64,000 nucleotides of DNA, taken from the NCBI RefSeq assembly GCF_009914755.1, contig NC_060948.1; one strand, 5' to 3'. The notes under the pieces were generated by a model that worked only from the letters and a program-made list of their open reading frames with translations, had not been told where the DNA came from and searched no databases. A program made the translations under genes and the position numbers. This DNA comes from the human T2T-CHM13v2.0 reference genome, Homo sapiens. How positions within the stretch are numbered: position 1 is the stretch's first letter; the number at the start of each line of letters is the position of its first letter. Of this stretch, positions 19,565 through 38,916 are shown piece after piece.

Positions 19565-21692
19565 AGATCCATATTTTTTAAATGAAAAAAAATTTCAAAG
19601 GTACTCTGCTTGGTACTATAATCAAATGTATAAACTGAGGAATAAAACATAACCATGAAACCTACTTATAACTGCATATGGAAAATACAGAGGATAATTT
19701 TTTAAATAACATATTTTGAAAGCCTTAACTAGCAATTTGAAGAGTTGGCATTTGAAAGGCCAGTATGAATATACCTTCAAAGCAGCAACACAGGTTCCCC
19801 ATGAGAAAAAGCAAACACAGTGAAAATAAAACCACAAAGGTTCAATCTCTTCTGACCTTTGAAAGACACAGCACACACAGTGGTCCTTAGGACGAAGAGC
19901 AGGAGACCCCTAATTCCGTCACCATGGCGATAGGGCATAAACATTGCTGGGTGAGGGCACAATCCACATTGTGAGGTCCAACTGCTGCCAGGAAGACAGG
20001 AGTGCTTTTACATAGACCGAAAGGTCATTGAAGGCTCAGAGTTTTGTTTCAAGAACTGAATCCCAAGCCCACACGTTATTAGGCTGCGCTTCTTAAAACA
20101 AGTTATGAGATGGGAAAAAGGGCACCCACAAACATACGTATACATTATGTATATAATAATATACAGTATCATATATATAATATATATAACCTATGTATAA
20201 TATTGTTTTACATCCTGCATCTTATGTTATATATATTGTATAAAATATAATAATTGATAATATATAAGTTTTATAATTATACAATATGACATATAGTATA
20301 TATTATAATTTATGACATATATAATATATGTTATATATCATATATAGAGTATATTATACGGTTAATATACGTATTAAATATAAATTATACATTATATATA
20401 TTATATATAATATATCTGTTATATATAATACCCATTATGCATAATATATATATTATGTCTATGTTATATATAGTATAAAACAACATATAATAATATATAA
20501 TTGTATATATAAAATGCGACATATAATATATATTATATTTTATAACATATGTAATATATATTATATATTATATATAATACGTTGTATGTATAATACCTAT
20601 ATTAAATATATATTATATGACTATGTTATTAATTACATGTCACATGTGTTATATATTATATATTTTACATAGAATATACCGGTAACATACAATATATACT
20701 ATGTTACCTATAATGTATAATTTATTACATGTAAAATAAAGAATGCAATATATTATGTATAATTTATAATATACCACATGTGGAATGTGATATATAAAAC
20801 ATATAATATATGATATATGATATACAGTATATGATATATAACATACAATATATGATTCCTAATATATATGGTATACAATATATATTTTATGATATGTATT
20901 CTATATGTTTTATATTCTGTTATATATAACTATTTGAAATTATATATAACTGTATAATATTTTATGTAAATATGTAATATAATATATATAACTATATAAT
21001 ATATTATATATAACTATATATTATGTTATGTATACTTTTATAACATTATTTACATAAAATATCATAATATAATATATATTATATTATTTCATATTACATA
21101 ATATATATTACATATCACCCAATATAACTAACATACATAATATTATAATATAGATTATATTATGTTATATTAAATATCATATATATCATGTATCATATAT
21201 TCTATAATATATATTACACATTATATAATATGTATGTTGTCTATTATGTGATATATATAACTATATATATAATTATATTTTTATACATATAACTAGATAA
21301 ACATGTAATTCTACATATTTTCATTTATAATATGTAGAATTATATAATCATATATAATTATTTATATTCTATAAAAAATTTTATCATTATATAAATTATA
21401 ATATATAAAAATTATAATATATACTACAAATATATATATTATATATCATATATGATATAGTACCTTTGTTATATATCATAATACATATAAATGTGTATTA
21501 TGTTATCTATAATTATATAATTTCATATATAAGATGTATAATATGTATCATATATTATATATGTTATGTAATATATATAGTATATATAAGATGACACAGG
21601 ATAAATATTATATACTATGACATATAAAATATATCAGGTTATATGTTACATGTAAGGCATAGCACATAACATATAATATGTATCATATATAA

Positions 21693-21984
21693 TTTTTTTT
21701 TAGACAGAATCTTGTCCTGTTGCACAGGGTGTGGTACAATGGCGCCATCTTTGCTCACTGCAACTTCTGCCTCACGGGTCCAAGCGATTGTCCTCCCTCA
21801 GCCTCCCAGGTAGCTGGGACTACACCACACTGGGACTACACCAGCTGCCACCATGCCTAGCTAATTTTTTGGATTTTTAGTAGTGACAGCGTTTCACTGT
21901 ATTGGCCAGGATGGTCTTGATCTGTTCACATTGTGATCCCCTTGCCTTGGCCTCCAAATTTGCTGGGATTACAGGCCTGAGCCA
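21693..21984 (-). mobile_element. Diverged Alu, U10
   Basis: Copy of U2 Alu. Confidence 0.95.
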
Positions 21985-24089
21985 AGATCCATATTTTTTA
22001 AATGAAAAAAAATTTCAAAGGTACTCTGCTTGGTACAATAATCAAATGTATAAACTGAGGAATAAAACATAACCATGAAACCTACTTATAACTGCATATG
22101 GAAAATACAGAGGATAATTTTTTAAATAACATATTTTGAAAGCCTTAACTAGTAATTTGAAGAGTTGGCATTTGAAAGGCCAGTATGAATATACCTTCAA
22201 AGCAGCAACACAGGTTCCCCATGAGAAAAAGCAAACACAGGGAAAATAAAAACACAAAGGTTCAATCTCTTCTGACCTTTGAAAGACACAGCACAGACAG
22301 TGGTCCTTAGGACGAAGAGCAGGAGACCCCTAATTCCGTCACCATGGCGATAGGGCATAAACATTGCTGGGTGAGGGCACAATCCACATTGTGAGGTCCA
22401 ACTGCTGCCAGGAAGACAGGAGTGCTTTTACATAGACCGAAAGGTCATTGAAGGCTCAGAGTTTTGTTTCAAGAACTGAATCCCAAGCCCACACGTTATT
22501 AGGCTGCGCTTCTTAAAACAAGTTATGAGATGGGAAAAAGGGCACCCACAAACATACGTATACATTATGTATATAATAATATACAGTATCATATATATAA
22601 TATATATAACCTATGTATAATATTGTTTTACATCCTGCATCTTATGTTATATATATTGTATAAAATATAATAATTGATAATATATAAGTTTTATAATTAT
22701 ACAATATGACATATAGTATATATTATAATTTATGACATATATAATATATGTTATATATCATATATAGAATATATTATACGGTTAATATACGTATTAAATA
22801 TAAATTATACATTATATATATTATATATAATATATCTGTTATATATAATACCCATTATGCAAAATATATATATTATGTCTATGTTATATATAGTATAAAA
22901 CAACATATAATAATATATAATTGTATATATAAAATGCGACATATAATATATATTATATTTTATAACATATGTAATATATATTATATATTATATATAATAC
23001 GTTGAATGTATAATACCTATATTAAATATATATTATAGGACTATGTTATTAATTACATGTCACATGTGTTATATATTATATATTTTACATAGAATATACC
23101 GGTTACATACAATATATACTATGTTACCTATAATGTATAATTTATTACATGTAAAATAAAGAATGCAATATATTATGTATAATTTATAATATACCATATG
23201 TGGAATGTGATATATATAACATATAATATATGATATATGATGTACAGTATATGATATATAACATACAATATATGATTCCTAATATATATGGTATACAATA
23301 TATATTTTATGATATGTATTCTATATGTTTTATATTCTGTTATATATAACTATTTGAAATTATATATAACTGTATAATATTTTATGTAAATATGTAATAT
23401 AATATATATAACTACATAATATATTATATATGACTATATATTATGTTATATATACTTTTATAACATAATTTACATAAAATATCATAATATAATATATATT
23501 ATATTATTTCATATTACATAATATATATTACATATCACCCAATATAACTAACATACATAATATTATAATATAGATTATATTATGTTATATTAAATATCAT
23601 ATATATCATGTATCATATATTCTATAATATATATTACACATTATATAATATGTATGTTGTCTATTATGTGATATATATAACTATATATATAATTATATTT
23701 TTATACATATAACTAGATAAACATGTAATTCTACATATTTTCATTTATAATATGTAGAATTATATAATCATATATAATTATTTATATTCTATAAAAAATT
23801 TTATCATTATATAAATTATAATATATAAAAATTATAATATGTACTACAAATATATATATTATATATCATATATGATATAGTACCTTTGTTATATATCATA
23901 ATACATATAAATGTGTATTATGTTATCTATAATTATATAATTTCATATATAAGATGTATATTATGTATCATATATTATATATGTTATGTAATATATATAG
24001 TATATATAAGATGACACAGGATAAATATTATATACTATGACATATAAAATATATGAGGTTATATGTTACATATAAGGCATAGCACATAA

Positions 24090-24404
<315 letters not shown>

Positions 24405-26509
24405 AGATCCATATTTTTTAAATGAAAAAAAATTTCAAAGGTACTCTGCTTGGTACAATAATCAAATGTATAAACTGAGGAATAAAACATAACCATGAAA
24501 CCTACTTATAACTGCATATGGAAAATACAGAGGATAATTTTTTAAATAACATATTTTGAAAGCCTTAACTAGTAATTTGAAGAGTTGGCATTTGAAAGGC
24601 CAGTATGAATATACCTTCAAAGCAGCAACACAGGTTCCCCATGAGAAAAAGCAAACACAGGGAAAATAAAAACACAAAGGTTCAATCTCTTCTGACCTTT
24701 GAAAGACACAGCACAGACAGTGGTCCTTAGGACGAAGAGCAGGAGACCCCTAATTCCGTCACCATGGCGATAGGGCATAAACATTGCTGGGTGAGGGCAC
24801 AATCTACATTGTGAGGTCCAACTGCTGCCAGGAAGACAGGAGTGCTTTTACATAGACCGAAAGGTCATTGAAGGCTCAGAGTTTTGTTTCAAGAACTGAA
24901 TCCCAAGCCCACACGTTATTAGGCTGCGCTTCTTAAAACAAGTTATGAGATGGGAAAAAGGGCACCCACAAACATACGTATACATTATGTATATAATAAT
25001 ATACAGTATCATATATATAATATATACAACCTATTTATAATATTGTTTTACATCCTGCATCTTACGTTATATATATTGTATAAAATATAATAATTGATAA
25101 TATATAAGTTTTATAATTATACAATATGACATATAGTATATATTATAATTTATGACATATATAATATATGTTATATATCATATATAGAATATATTATACG
25201 GTTAATATACGTATTAAATATAAATTATACATTATATATATTATATATAATATATCTGTTATATATAATACCCATTATGCATAATATATATATTATGTCT
25301 ATGTTATATATAGTATAAAACAACATATAATAATATATAATTGTATATATAAAATGCGACATAGAATATATATTATATTTTATAACATATGTAATATATA
25401 TTATATATTATATATAATACGTTGTATGTATAATACCTATATTAAATATATATTATATGACTATGTTATTAATTACATGTCACATGAGTTATATATTATA
25501 TATTTTACATAGAATATACCGGTTACATACAATATATACTATGTTACCTATAATGTATAATTTATTACATGTAAAATAAAGAATGCAATATATTATGCAT
25601 AATTTATAATATACAATATGTGGAATGTGATATATATAACATATAATATATGATATATGATATACAGTATATGATATATAACATAAAATATATGATTCCT
25701 AATATATATGGTATACAATATATATTTTATGATATGTATTCTATATGTTTTATATTCTGTTATATATAACTATTTGAAATTATATATAACTGTATAATAT
25801 TTTATGTAAATATGTAATATAATATATATAACTATATAATATAATATAGATAACTATATATTATGTTATATATACTTTTATAACATAATTTACATAAAAT
25901 ATCATAATATAATATATATTATATTATTTCATATTACATAATATATATTACATATCACCCAATGTAACTAACATACATGATATTATAATATAGATTATAT
26001 TATGTTATATTAAATATCATATATATCATGTATCATATATTCTATAATATATATTACACTTTATATAATATGTATGTTGTCTATTATGTGATATATATAA
26101 CTATATATATAATTATATTTTTATACATATAACTAGATAACCATGTAATTCTACATATTTTCATTTATAATATGTAGAATTATATAATCATATATAATTA
26201 TTTATATTCTATAAAAAATTTTATCATTATATAAATTATAATATATAAAAATTATAATATGTACTACAAATATATATATTATATATCATATATGATATAG
26301 TACCTTTGTTATATATCATAATACATATAAATGTGTATTTTGTTATCTATAATTATATAATTTCATATATAAGATATATAATATGTATCATATATTATAT
26401 ATGTTATGTAATATATATAGTATATATAAGATGACACAGGATAAGTATTATATACTATGACATATAAAATATATGAGGTTATATGTTACATATAAGGCAT
26501 AGCACATAA

Positions 26510-26824
<315 letters not shown>

Positions 26825-28927
26825 AGATCCATATTTTTTAAATGAAAAAAAATTTCAAAGGTACTCTGCTTGGTACAATAATCAAATGTATAAACTGAGG
26901 AATAAAACATAACCATGAAACCTACTTATAACTGCATATGGAAAATACAGAGGATAATTTTTTAAATAACATATTTTGAAAGCCTTAACTAGTAATTTGA
27001 AGAGTTGGCATTTGAAAGGCCAGTATGAATATACCTTCAAAGCAGCAACACAGGTTCCCCATGAGAAAAAGCAAACACAGTGAAAATAAAACCACAAAGG
27101 TTCAATCTCTTCTGACCTTTGAAAGACACAGCACAGACAGTGGTCCTTAGGACGAAGAGCAGGAGACCCCTAATTCCGTCACCATGGCGATAGGGCATAA
27201 ACATTGCTGGGTGAGGGCACAATCCACATTGTGAGGTCCAACTGCTGCCAGGAAGACAGGAGTGCTTTTACATAGACCGAAAGGTCATTGAAGGCTCAGA
27301 GTTTTGTTTCAAGAACTGAATCCCAAGCCCACACGTTATTAGGCTGCGCTTCTTAAAACAAGTTATGAGATGGGAAAAAGGGCACCCACAAACATACGTA
27401 TACATTATGTATATAATAATATACAGTATCATATATATAATATATATAACCTATGTATAATATTGTTTTACATCCTGCATCTTATGTTATATATATTGTA
27501 TAAAATATAATAATTGATAATATATAAGTTTTATAATTATACAATATGACATATAGTATATATTATAATTTATGACATATATAATATATGTTATATATCA
27601 TATATAGAATATATTATACGGTTAATATACGTATTAAATATAAATTATACATTATATATATTATATATAATATATCTGTTATATATAATACCCATTATGC
27701 AAAATATATATATTATGTCTATGTTATATATAGTATAAAACAACATATAATAATATATAATTGTATATATAAAATGCGACATATAATATATATTATATTT
27801 TATGACATGTAATATATATTATATATTATATATAATACGTTGTATGTATAATACCTATATTAAATATATATTATATGACTATGTTATTAATTACATGTCA
27901 CATGTGTTATATATTATATATTTTACATAGAATATACCGGTTACATACAATATATACTATGTTACCTATAATGTATAATTTATTACATGTAAAATAAAGA
28001 ATGCAATATATTATGTATAATTTATAATATACCATATGTGGAATGTGATATATATAACATATAATATATGAAATATGATGTACAGTATATGATATATAAC
28101 ATACAATATATGATTCCTAATATATATGGTATACAATATATATTTTATGATATGTATTCTATATGTTTTATATTCTGTTATATATAACTATTTGAAATTA
28201 TATATAACTGTATAATATTTTATGTAAATATGTAATATAATATATATAACTATATAATATATTATATATGACTATATATTATGTTATATATACTTTTATA
28301 ACATAATTTACATAAAATATCATAATATAATGTATATTATATTATTTCATATTACATAATATATATTACATATCACCCAATATAACTAACATACATAATA
28401 TTATAATATAGATTATATTATGTTATATTAAATATCATATATATCATGTATCATATATTCTATAATATATATTACACATTATATAATATGTATGTTGTCT
28501 ATTATGTGATATATATAACTATATATATAATTATATTTTTATACATATAACTAGATAAACATGTAATTCTACATATTTTCATTTATAATATGTAGAATTA
28601 TATAATCATATATAATTATTTATATTCTATAAAAAATTTTATCATTATATACATTATAATATATAAAAATTATAATATGTACTACAAATATATATATTAT
28701 ATATCATATATGATATAGTACCTTTGTTATATATCATAATACATATAAATGTGTATTATGTTATCTATAATTATATAATTTCATATATAAGATGTATAAT
28801 ATGTATCATATATTATATATGTTATGTAATATATATAGTATATATAAGATGACACAGGATAAATATTATATACTATGACATATAAAATATATGAGGTTAT
28901 ATGTTACATATAAGGCATAGCACATAA

Positions 28928-29242
<315 letters not shown>

Positions 29243-31368
29243 AGATCCATATTTTTTAAATGAAAAAAAATTTCAAAGGTACTCTGCTTGGTACAATAAT
29301 CAAATGTATAAACTGAGGAATAAAACATAACCATGAAACCTACTTATAACTGCATATGGAAAATACAGAGGATAATTTTTTAAATAACATATTTTGAAAG
29401 CCTTAACTAGTAATTTGAAGAGTTGGCATTTGAAAGGCCAGTATGAATATACCTTCAAAGCAGCAACACAGGTTCCCCGTGAGAAAAAGCAAACACAGGG
29501 AAAATAAAAACACAAAGGTTCAATCTCTTCTGACCTTTGAAAGACACAGCACAGACAGTGGTCCTTAGGACGAAGAGCAGGAGACCCCTAATTCCGTCAC
29601 CATGGCGATAGGGCATAAACATTGCTGGGTGAGGGCACAATCCACATTGTGAGGTCCAACTGCTGCCAGGAAGACAGGAGTGCTTTTACATAGACCGAAA
29701 GGTCATTGAAGGCTCAGAGTTTTGTTTCAAGAACTGAATCCCAAGCCCACACGTTATTAGGCTGCGCTTCTTAAAACAAGTGATGAGATGGGAAAAAGGG
29801 CACCCACAAACATACGTATACATTATGTATATAATAATATACAGTATCATATATATAATATATATAACCTATGTATAATATTATTTTACATCCTGCATCT
29901 TATGTTATATATATTGTATAAAATATAGTAATTGATAATATATAAGTTTTATAATTATACAATATGACATATAGTATATATTATAATTTATGACATATAT
30001 AATATATGTTATACATCATATATAGAATATATTATACGGTTAATATACGTATTAAATATAAATTATACATTATATATATTATATATAATATATCTGTTAT
30101 ATATAATACCCATTATGCATAATATATATATTATGTCTATGTTATATAGAGTATAAAACAACATATAATAATATATAATTGTATATATAAAATGCGACAT
30201 AGAATATATATTATATTTTATAACATATGTAATATATATTATATATTATATATAATACGTTGTATGTATAATACCTATATTAAATATATATTATAGGACT
30301 ATGTTATTAATTACATGTCACATGTGTTATATATTATATATTTTACATAGAATATACCGGTTACATACAATATATACTATGTTACCTATAATGTATAATT
30401 TATTACATGTAAAATAAAGAATGCAATATATTATGTAAAATTTATAATATACAATATGTGGAATGTGATATATATAACATATAATATATGATATATGATG
30501 TACAGTATATGATATATAACATACAATATATGATTCCTAATATATATGGTATACAATATATATTTTATGATATGTATTCTATATGTTTTATATTCTGTTA
30601 TATATAACTATTTGAAATTATATATAACTGTATAATATTTTATGTAAATATGTAATATAATATATAACTATATAATATATTATATATAACTATATATTAT
30701 GTTATATATACTTTTATAACATAATTTACATAAAATATCATAATATAATATATATTATATTATTTCATATTACATAATATATACTACATATCACCCAATA
30801 TAACTAACATACATAATATTATAATATAGATTATATTGTGTTATATTAAATATCATATATATCATGTATCATATATTCTATAATATATATTACACATTAT
30901 ATAATATGTATGTTGTCTATTATGTGATATATATAACTATATATATAATTGTATTTTTATACATATAACTAGATAAACATGTAATTCTACATATTTTCAT
31001 TTATAAAATGTAGAATTATATAATCATATATAATTATTTATATTCTATAAAAAATTTTATCATTATATAAATTATAATATATAAAAATTATAATATGTAC
31101 TACAAATATATATATTATATATCATATATGATATAGTACCTTTGTTATATATCATAATACATATAAATGTGTATTATGTTATCTATAATTATATAATTTC
31201 ATATATAAGATGTATAATATGTATCATATATTATATATGTTATGTAATATATATAGTATATATAAGATGACACAGGATAAATATTATATACTATGACATA
31301 TAAAATATATGAGGTTATATGTTACATATAAGGCATAGCACATAACATGTAATATATATCATATATAA

Positions 31369-31660
31369 TTTTTTTTTAGACAGAATCTTGTCCTGTTGCA
31401 CAGGGTGTGGTACAATGGCGCCATCTTTGCTCACTGCAACTTCTGCCTCACGGGTCCAAGCGATTGTCCTCCCTCAGCCTCCCAGGTAGCTGGGACTACA
31501 CCACACTGGGACTACACCAGCTGCCACCATGCCTAGCTAATTTTTTGGATTTTTATTAGTGACAGCGTTTCACTGTATTGGCCAGGATGGTCTTGATCTC
31601 TTCACCTTGTGATCCCCTTGCCTTGGCCTCCAAATTTGCTGGGATTACAGGCCTGAGCCA
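31369..31660 (-). mobile_element. Diverged Alu, U14
   Basis: Copy of U2 Alu. Confidence 0.95.
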
Positions 31661-33786
31661 AGATCCATATTTTTTAAATGAAAAAAAATTTCAAAGGTAC
31701 TCTGCTTGGTACAATAATCAAATGTATAAACTGAGGAATAAAACATAACCATGAAACCTACTTATAACTGCATATGGAAAATACAGAGGATAATTTTTTA
31801 AATAACATATTTTGAAAGCCTTAACTAGTAATTTGAAGAGTTGGCATTTGAAAGGCCAGTATGAATATACCTTCAAAGCAGCAACACAGGTTCCCCATGA
31901 GAAAAAGCAAACACAGGGAAAATAAAAACACAAAGGTTCAATCTCTTCTGACCTTTGAAAGACACAGCACAGACAGTGGTCCTTAGGACGAAGAGCAGGA
32001 GACCCCTAATTCCGTCACCATGGCGATAGGGCATAAACATTGCTGGGTGAGGGCACAATCCACATTGTGAGGTCCAACTGCTGCCAGGAAGACAGGAGTG
32101 CTTTTACATAGACCGAAAGGTCATTGAAGGCTCAGAGTTTTGTTTCAAGAACTGAATCCCAAGCCCACACGTTATTAGGCTGCGCTTCTTAAAACAAGTT
32201 ATGAGATGGGAAAAAGGGCACCCACAAACATACGTATACATTATGTATATAATAATATACAGTATCATATATATAATATATATAACCTATGTATAATATT
32301 GTTTTACATCCTGCATCTTATGTTATATATATTGTATAAAATATAATAATTGATAATATATAAGTTTTATAATTATACAGTATGACATATAGTATATATT
32401 ATAATTTATGACATATATAATATATGTTATATATCATATATAGAATACATTATACGGTTAATATACGTATTAAATATAAATTATACATTATATATATTAT
32501 ATATAATATATCTGTTATATATAATACCCATTATGCATAATATATATATTATATCTATGTTATATATAGTATAAAACAACATATAATAATACATAATTGT
32601 ATATATAAAATGCGACATATAATATATATTATATTTTATAATCTATGTAATATATATTATATATTATATATAATACGTTGTATGTATAATACCTATATTA
32701 AATATATATTATATGACTATGTTATTAATTACATGTCACATGTGTTATATATTATATATTTTACATAGAATATACCGGTTACATACAATATATACTATGT
32801 TACCTATAATGTATAATTTATTACATGTAAAATAAAGAATGCAATATATTATGTATAATTTATAATATACAATATGTGGAATGTGATATATATAACATAT
32901 AATATATGATATATGATATACAGTATATGATATATAACATACAATATATGATTCCTAATATATATGGTATACAATATATATTTTATGATATGTATTCTAT
33001 ATGTTTTATATTCTGTTATATATAACTATTTGAAATTATATATAACTGTATAATATTTTATGTAAATATGTAATATAATATATAACTATATAATATATTA
33101 TATATAACTATATATTATGTTATATATACTTTTATAACATAATTTACATAAAATATCATAATATAATATATATTATATTATTTCATATTACATAATATAT
33201 ACTACATATCACCCAATATAACTAACATACATAATATTATAATATAGATTATACTGTGTTATATTAAATATCATATATATCATGTATCATATATTCTATA
33301 ATATATATTACACATTATATAATATGTATGTTGTCTATTATGTGATATATATAACTATATATATAATTATATTTTTATACATATAACTAGATAAACATGT
33401 AATTCTACATATTTTCATTTATAAAATGTAGAATTATATAATCATATATAATTATTTATATTCTATAAAAAATTTTATCATTATATAAATTATAATATAT
33501 AAAAATTATAATATGTACTACAAATATATATATTATATATCATATATGATATAGTACCTTTGTTATATATCATAATACATATAAATGTGTATTATGTTAT
33601 CTATAATTATATAATTTCATATATAAGATGTATAATATGTATCATATATTATATATGTTATGTAATATATATAGTATATATAAGATGACACAGGATAAAT
33701 ATTATATACTATGACATATAAAATATATGAGGTTATATGTTACATATAAGGCATAGCACATAACATGTAATATATATCATATATAA

Positions 33787-34078
33787 TTTTTTTTTAGACA
33801 GAATCTTGTCCTGTTGCACAGGGTGGGGTACAATGGCGCCATCTTTGCTCACTGCAACTTCTCCCTCACGGGTCCAAGCGATTGTCCTCCCTCAGCCTCC
33901 CAGGTAGCTGGGACTACACCACACTGGGACTACACCAGCTGCCACCATGCCTAGCTAATTTTTTGGATTTTTAGTAGTGACAGCGTTTCACTGTATTGGC
34001 CAGGATGGTCTTGATCTCGTCACCTTGTGATCCCCTTGCCTTGGCCTCCAAATTTGCTGGGATTACAGGCCTGAGCCA
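33787..34078 (-). mobile_element. Diverged Alu, U15
   Basis: Copy of U2 Alu. Confidence 0.95.
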
Positions 34079-36181
34079 AGATCCATATTTTTTAAATGAA
34101 AAAAAATTTCAAAGGTACTCTGCTTGGTACAATAATCAAATGTATAAACTGAGGAATAAAACATAACCATGAAACCTACTTATAACTGCATATGGAAAAT
34201 ACAGAGGATAATTTTTTAAATAACATATTTTGAAAGCCTTAACTAGTAATTTGAAGAGTTGGCATTTGAAAGGCCAGTATGAATATACCTTCAAAGCAGC
34301 AACACAGGTTCCCCATGAGAAAAAGCAAACACAGGGAAAATAAAAACACAAAGGTTCAATCTCTTCTGACCTTTGAAAGACACAGCACAGACAGTGGTCC
34401 TTAGGACGAAGAGCAGGAGACCCCTAATTCCGTCACCATGGCGATAGGGCATAAACATTGCTGGGTGAGGGCACAATCCACATTGTGAGGTCCAACTGCT
34501 GCCAGGAAGACAGGAGTGCTTTTACATAGACCGAAAGGTCATTGAAGGCTCAGAGTTTTGTTTCAAGAACTGAATCCCAAGCCCACACGTTATTAGGCTG
34601 CGCTTCTTAAAACAAGTTATGAGATGGGAAAAAGGGCACCCACAAACATACGTATACATTATGTATATAATAATATACAGTATCATATATATAATATATA
34701 TAACCTATGTATAATATTGTTTTACATCCTGCATCTTATGTTATATATATTGTATCAAATATAATAATTGATAATATATAAGTTTTATAATTATACAATA
34801 TGACATATAGTATATATTATAATTTATGACATATATAATATATGTTATACATCATATATAGAATATATTATACGGTTAATATACGCATTAAATATAAATT
34901 ATACATTATATATATTATATATAATATATCTGTTATATATAATACCCATTATGCATAATATATATATTATGTCTATGTTATATAGAGTATAAAACAACAT
35001 ATAATAATATATAATTGTATATATAAAATGCGACATATAATATATATTATATTTTATAACATATGTAATATATATTATATATTATATATAATACGTTGTA
35101 TGTATAATACCTATATTAAATATATATTATATGACTATGTTATTAATTACATGTCACATGTGTTATATATTATATATTTTACATAGAATATACCGGTTAC
35201 ATACAATATATACTATGTTACCTATAATGTATAATTTATTACATGTAAAATAAAGAATGCAATATATTATGTAAAATTTATAATATACAATATGTGGAAT
35301 GTGATATATATAACATATAATATATGATATATGATGTACAGTATATGATATATAACATACAATATATGATTCCTAATATATATGGTATACAATATATATT
35401 TTATGATATGTATTCTATATGTTTTATATTCTGTTATATATAACTATTTGAAATTATATATAACTGTATAATATTTTATGTAAATATGTAATATAATATA
35501 TAACTATATAATATATTATATATAACTATATATTATGTTATATATACTTTTATAACATAATTTACATAAAATATCATAATATAATATATATTATATTATT
35601 TCATATTACATAATATATATTACATATCACCCAATATAACTAACATACATAATATTATAATATAGATTATATTATGTTATATTAAATATCATATATATCA
35701 TGTATAATATATTCTATAATATATATTACACATTATATAATATGTATGTTGTCTATTATGTGATATATATAACTATATATATAATTATATTTTTATACAT
35801 ATAACTAGATAAACATGTAATTCTACATATTTTCATTTATAATATGTAGAATTATATAATCATATATAATTATTTATATTCTATAAAAAATTTTATCATT
35901 ATATAAATTATAATATATAAAAATTATAATATGTACTACAAATATATATATTATATATCATATATGATATAGTACCTTTGTTATATATCATAATACATAT
36001 AAATGTGTATTATGTTATCTATAATTATATAATTTCATATATAAGATGTATAATATGTATCATATATTATATATGTTATGTAATATATATAGTATATATA
36101 AGATGACACAGGATAAATATTATATACTATGACATATAAAATATATGAGGTTATATGTTACATATAAGGCATAGCACATAA

Positions 36182-36496
<315 letters not shown>

Positions 36497-38601
36497 AGAT
36501 CCATATTTTTTAAATGAAAAAAAATTTCAAAGGTACTCTGCTTGGTACAATAATCAAATGTATAAACTGAGGAATAAAACATAACCATGAAACCTACTTA
36601 TAACTGCATATGGAAAATACAGAGGATAATTTTTTAAATAACATATTTTGAAAGCCTTAACTAGTAATTTGAAGAGTTGGCATTTGAAAGGCCAGTATGA
36701 ATATACCTTCAAAGCAGCAACACAGGTTCCCCATGAGAAAAAGCAAACACAGGGAAAATAAAAACACAAAGGTTCAATCTCTTCTGACCTTTGAAAGACA
36801 CAGCACAGACAGTGGTCCTTAGGACGAAGAGCAGGAGACCCCTAATTCCGTCACCATGGCGATAGGGCATAAACATTGCTGGGTGAGGGCACAATCCACA
36901 TTGTGAGGTCCAACTGCTGCCAGGAAGACAGGAGTGCTTTTACATAGACCGAAAGGTCATTGAAGGCTCAGAGTTTTGTTTCAAGAACTGAATCCCAAGC
37001 CCACACGTTATTAGGCTGCGCTTCTTAAAACAAGTGATGAGATGGGAAAAAGGGCACCCACACACATACGTATACATTATGTATATAATAATATACAGTA
37101 TCATATATATAATATATATAACCTATGTATAATATTGTTTTACATCCTGCATCTTATGTTATATATATTGTATAAAATATAATAATTGATAATATATAAG
37201 TTTTATAATTATACAATATGACATATAGTATATATTATAATTTATGACATATATAATATATGTTATACATCATATATAGAATATATTATACGGTTAATAT
37301 ACGTATTAAATATAAATTATACATTATATATATTATATATAATATATCTGTTATATATAATACCCATTATGCATAATATATATATTATGTCTATGTTATA
37401 TAGAGTATAAAACAACATATAATAATATATAATTGTATATATAAAATGCGACATATAATATATATTATATTTTATAACATATGTAATATATATTATATAT
37501 TATATATAATACGTTGTATGTATAATACCTATATTAAATATATATTATATGACTATGTTATTAATTACATGTCACATGTGTTATATATTATATATTTTAC
37601 ATAGAATATACCGGTTACATACAATATATACTATGTTACCTATAATGTATAATTTATTACATGTAAAATAAAGAATGCAATATATTATGTAAAATTTATA
37701 ATATACAATATGTGGAATGTGATATATATAACATATAATATATGATATATGATGTACAGTATATGATATATAACATACAATATATGATTCCTAATATATA
37801 TGGTATACAATATATATTTTATGATATGTATTCTATATGTTTTATATTCTGTTATATATAACTATTTGAAATTATATATAACTGTATAATCTTTTATGTA
37901 AATATGTAATATAATATATATAACTATATAATATATTATATATAACTATATATTATGTTATATATACTTTTATAACATAATTTACATAAAATATCATAAT
38001 ATAATATATATTATATTATTTCATATTACATAATATATATTACATATCACCCAATATAACTAACATACATAATATTATAATATAGATTATATTATGTTAT
38101 ATTAAATATCATATATATCATGTATCATATATTCTATAATATATATTACACATTATATAATATGTATGTTGTCTATTATGTGATATATATAACTATATAT
38201 ATAATTATATTTTTATACATATAACTAGATAAACATGTAATTCTACATATTTTCATTTATAATATGTAGAATTATATAATCATATATAATTATTTATATT
38301 CTATAAAAAATTTTATCATTATATAAATTATAATATATAAAAATTATAATATGTACTACAAATATATATATTATATATCATATATGATATAGTACCTTTG
38401 TTATATATCATAATACATATAAATGTGTATTATGTTATCTATAATTATATAATTTCATATATAAGATGTATAATATGTATCATATATTATATATGTTATG
38501 TAATATATATAGTATATATAAGATGACACAGGATAAATATTATATACTATGACATATAAAATATATGAGGTAATATGTTACATATAAGGCATAGCACATA
38601 A

Positions 38602-38916
<315 letters not shown>

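Noticed and set aside
19474-19656. 60-aa ORF reading into the U9 Alu
   Set aside because: Created by private substitutions that removed stops; the C-terminus is Alu-derived, with no support for expression.
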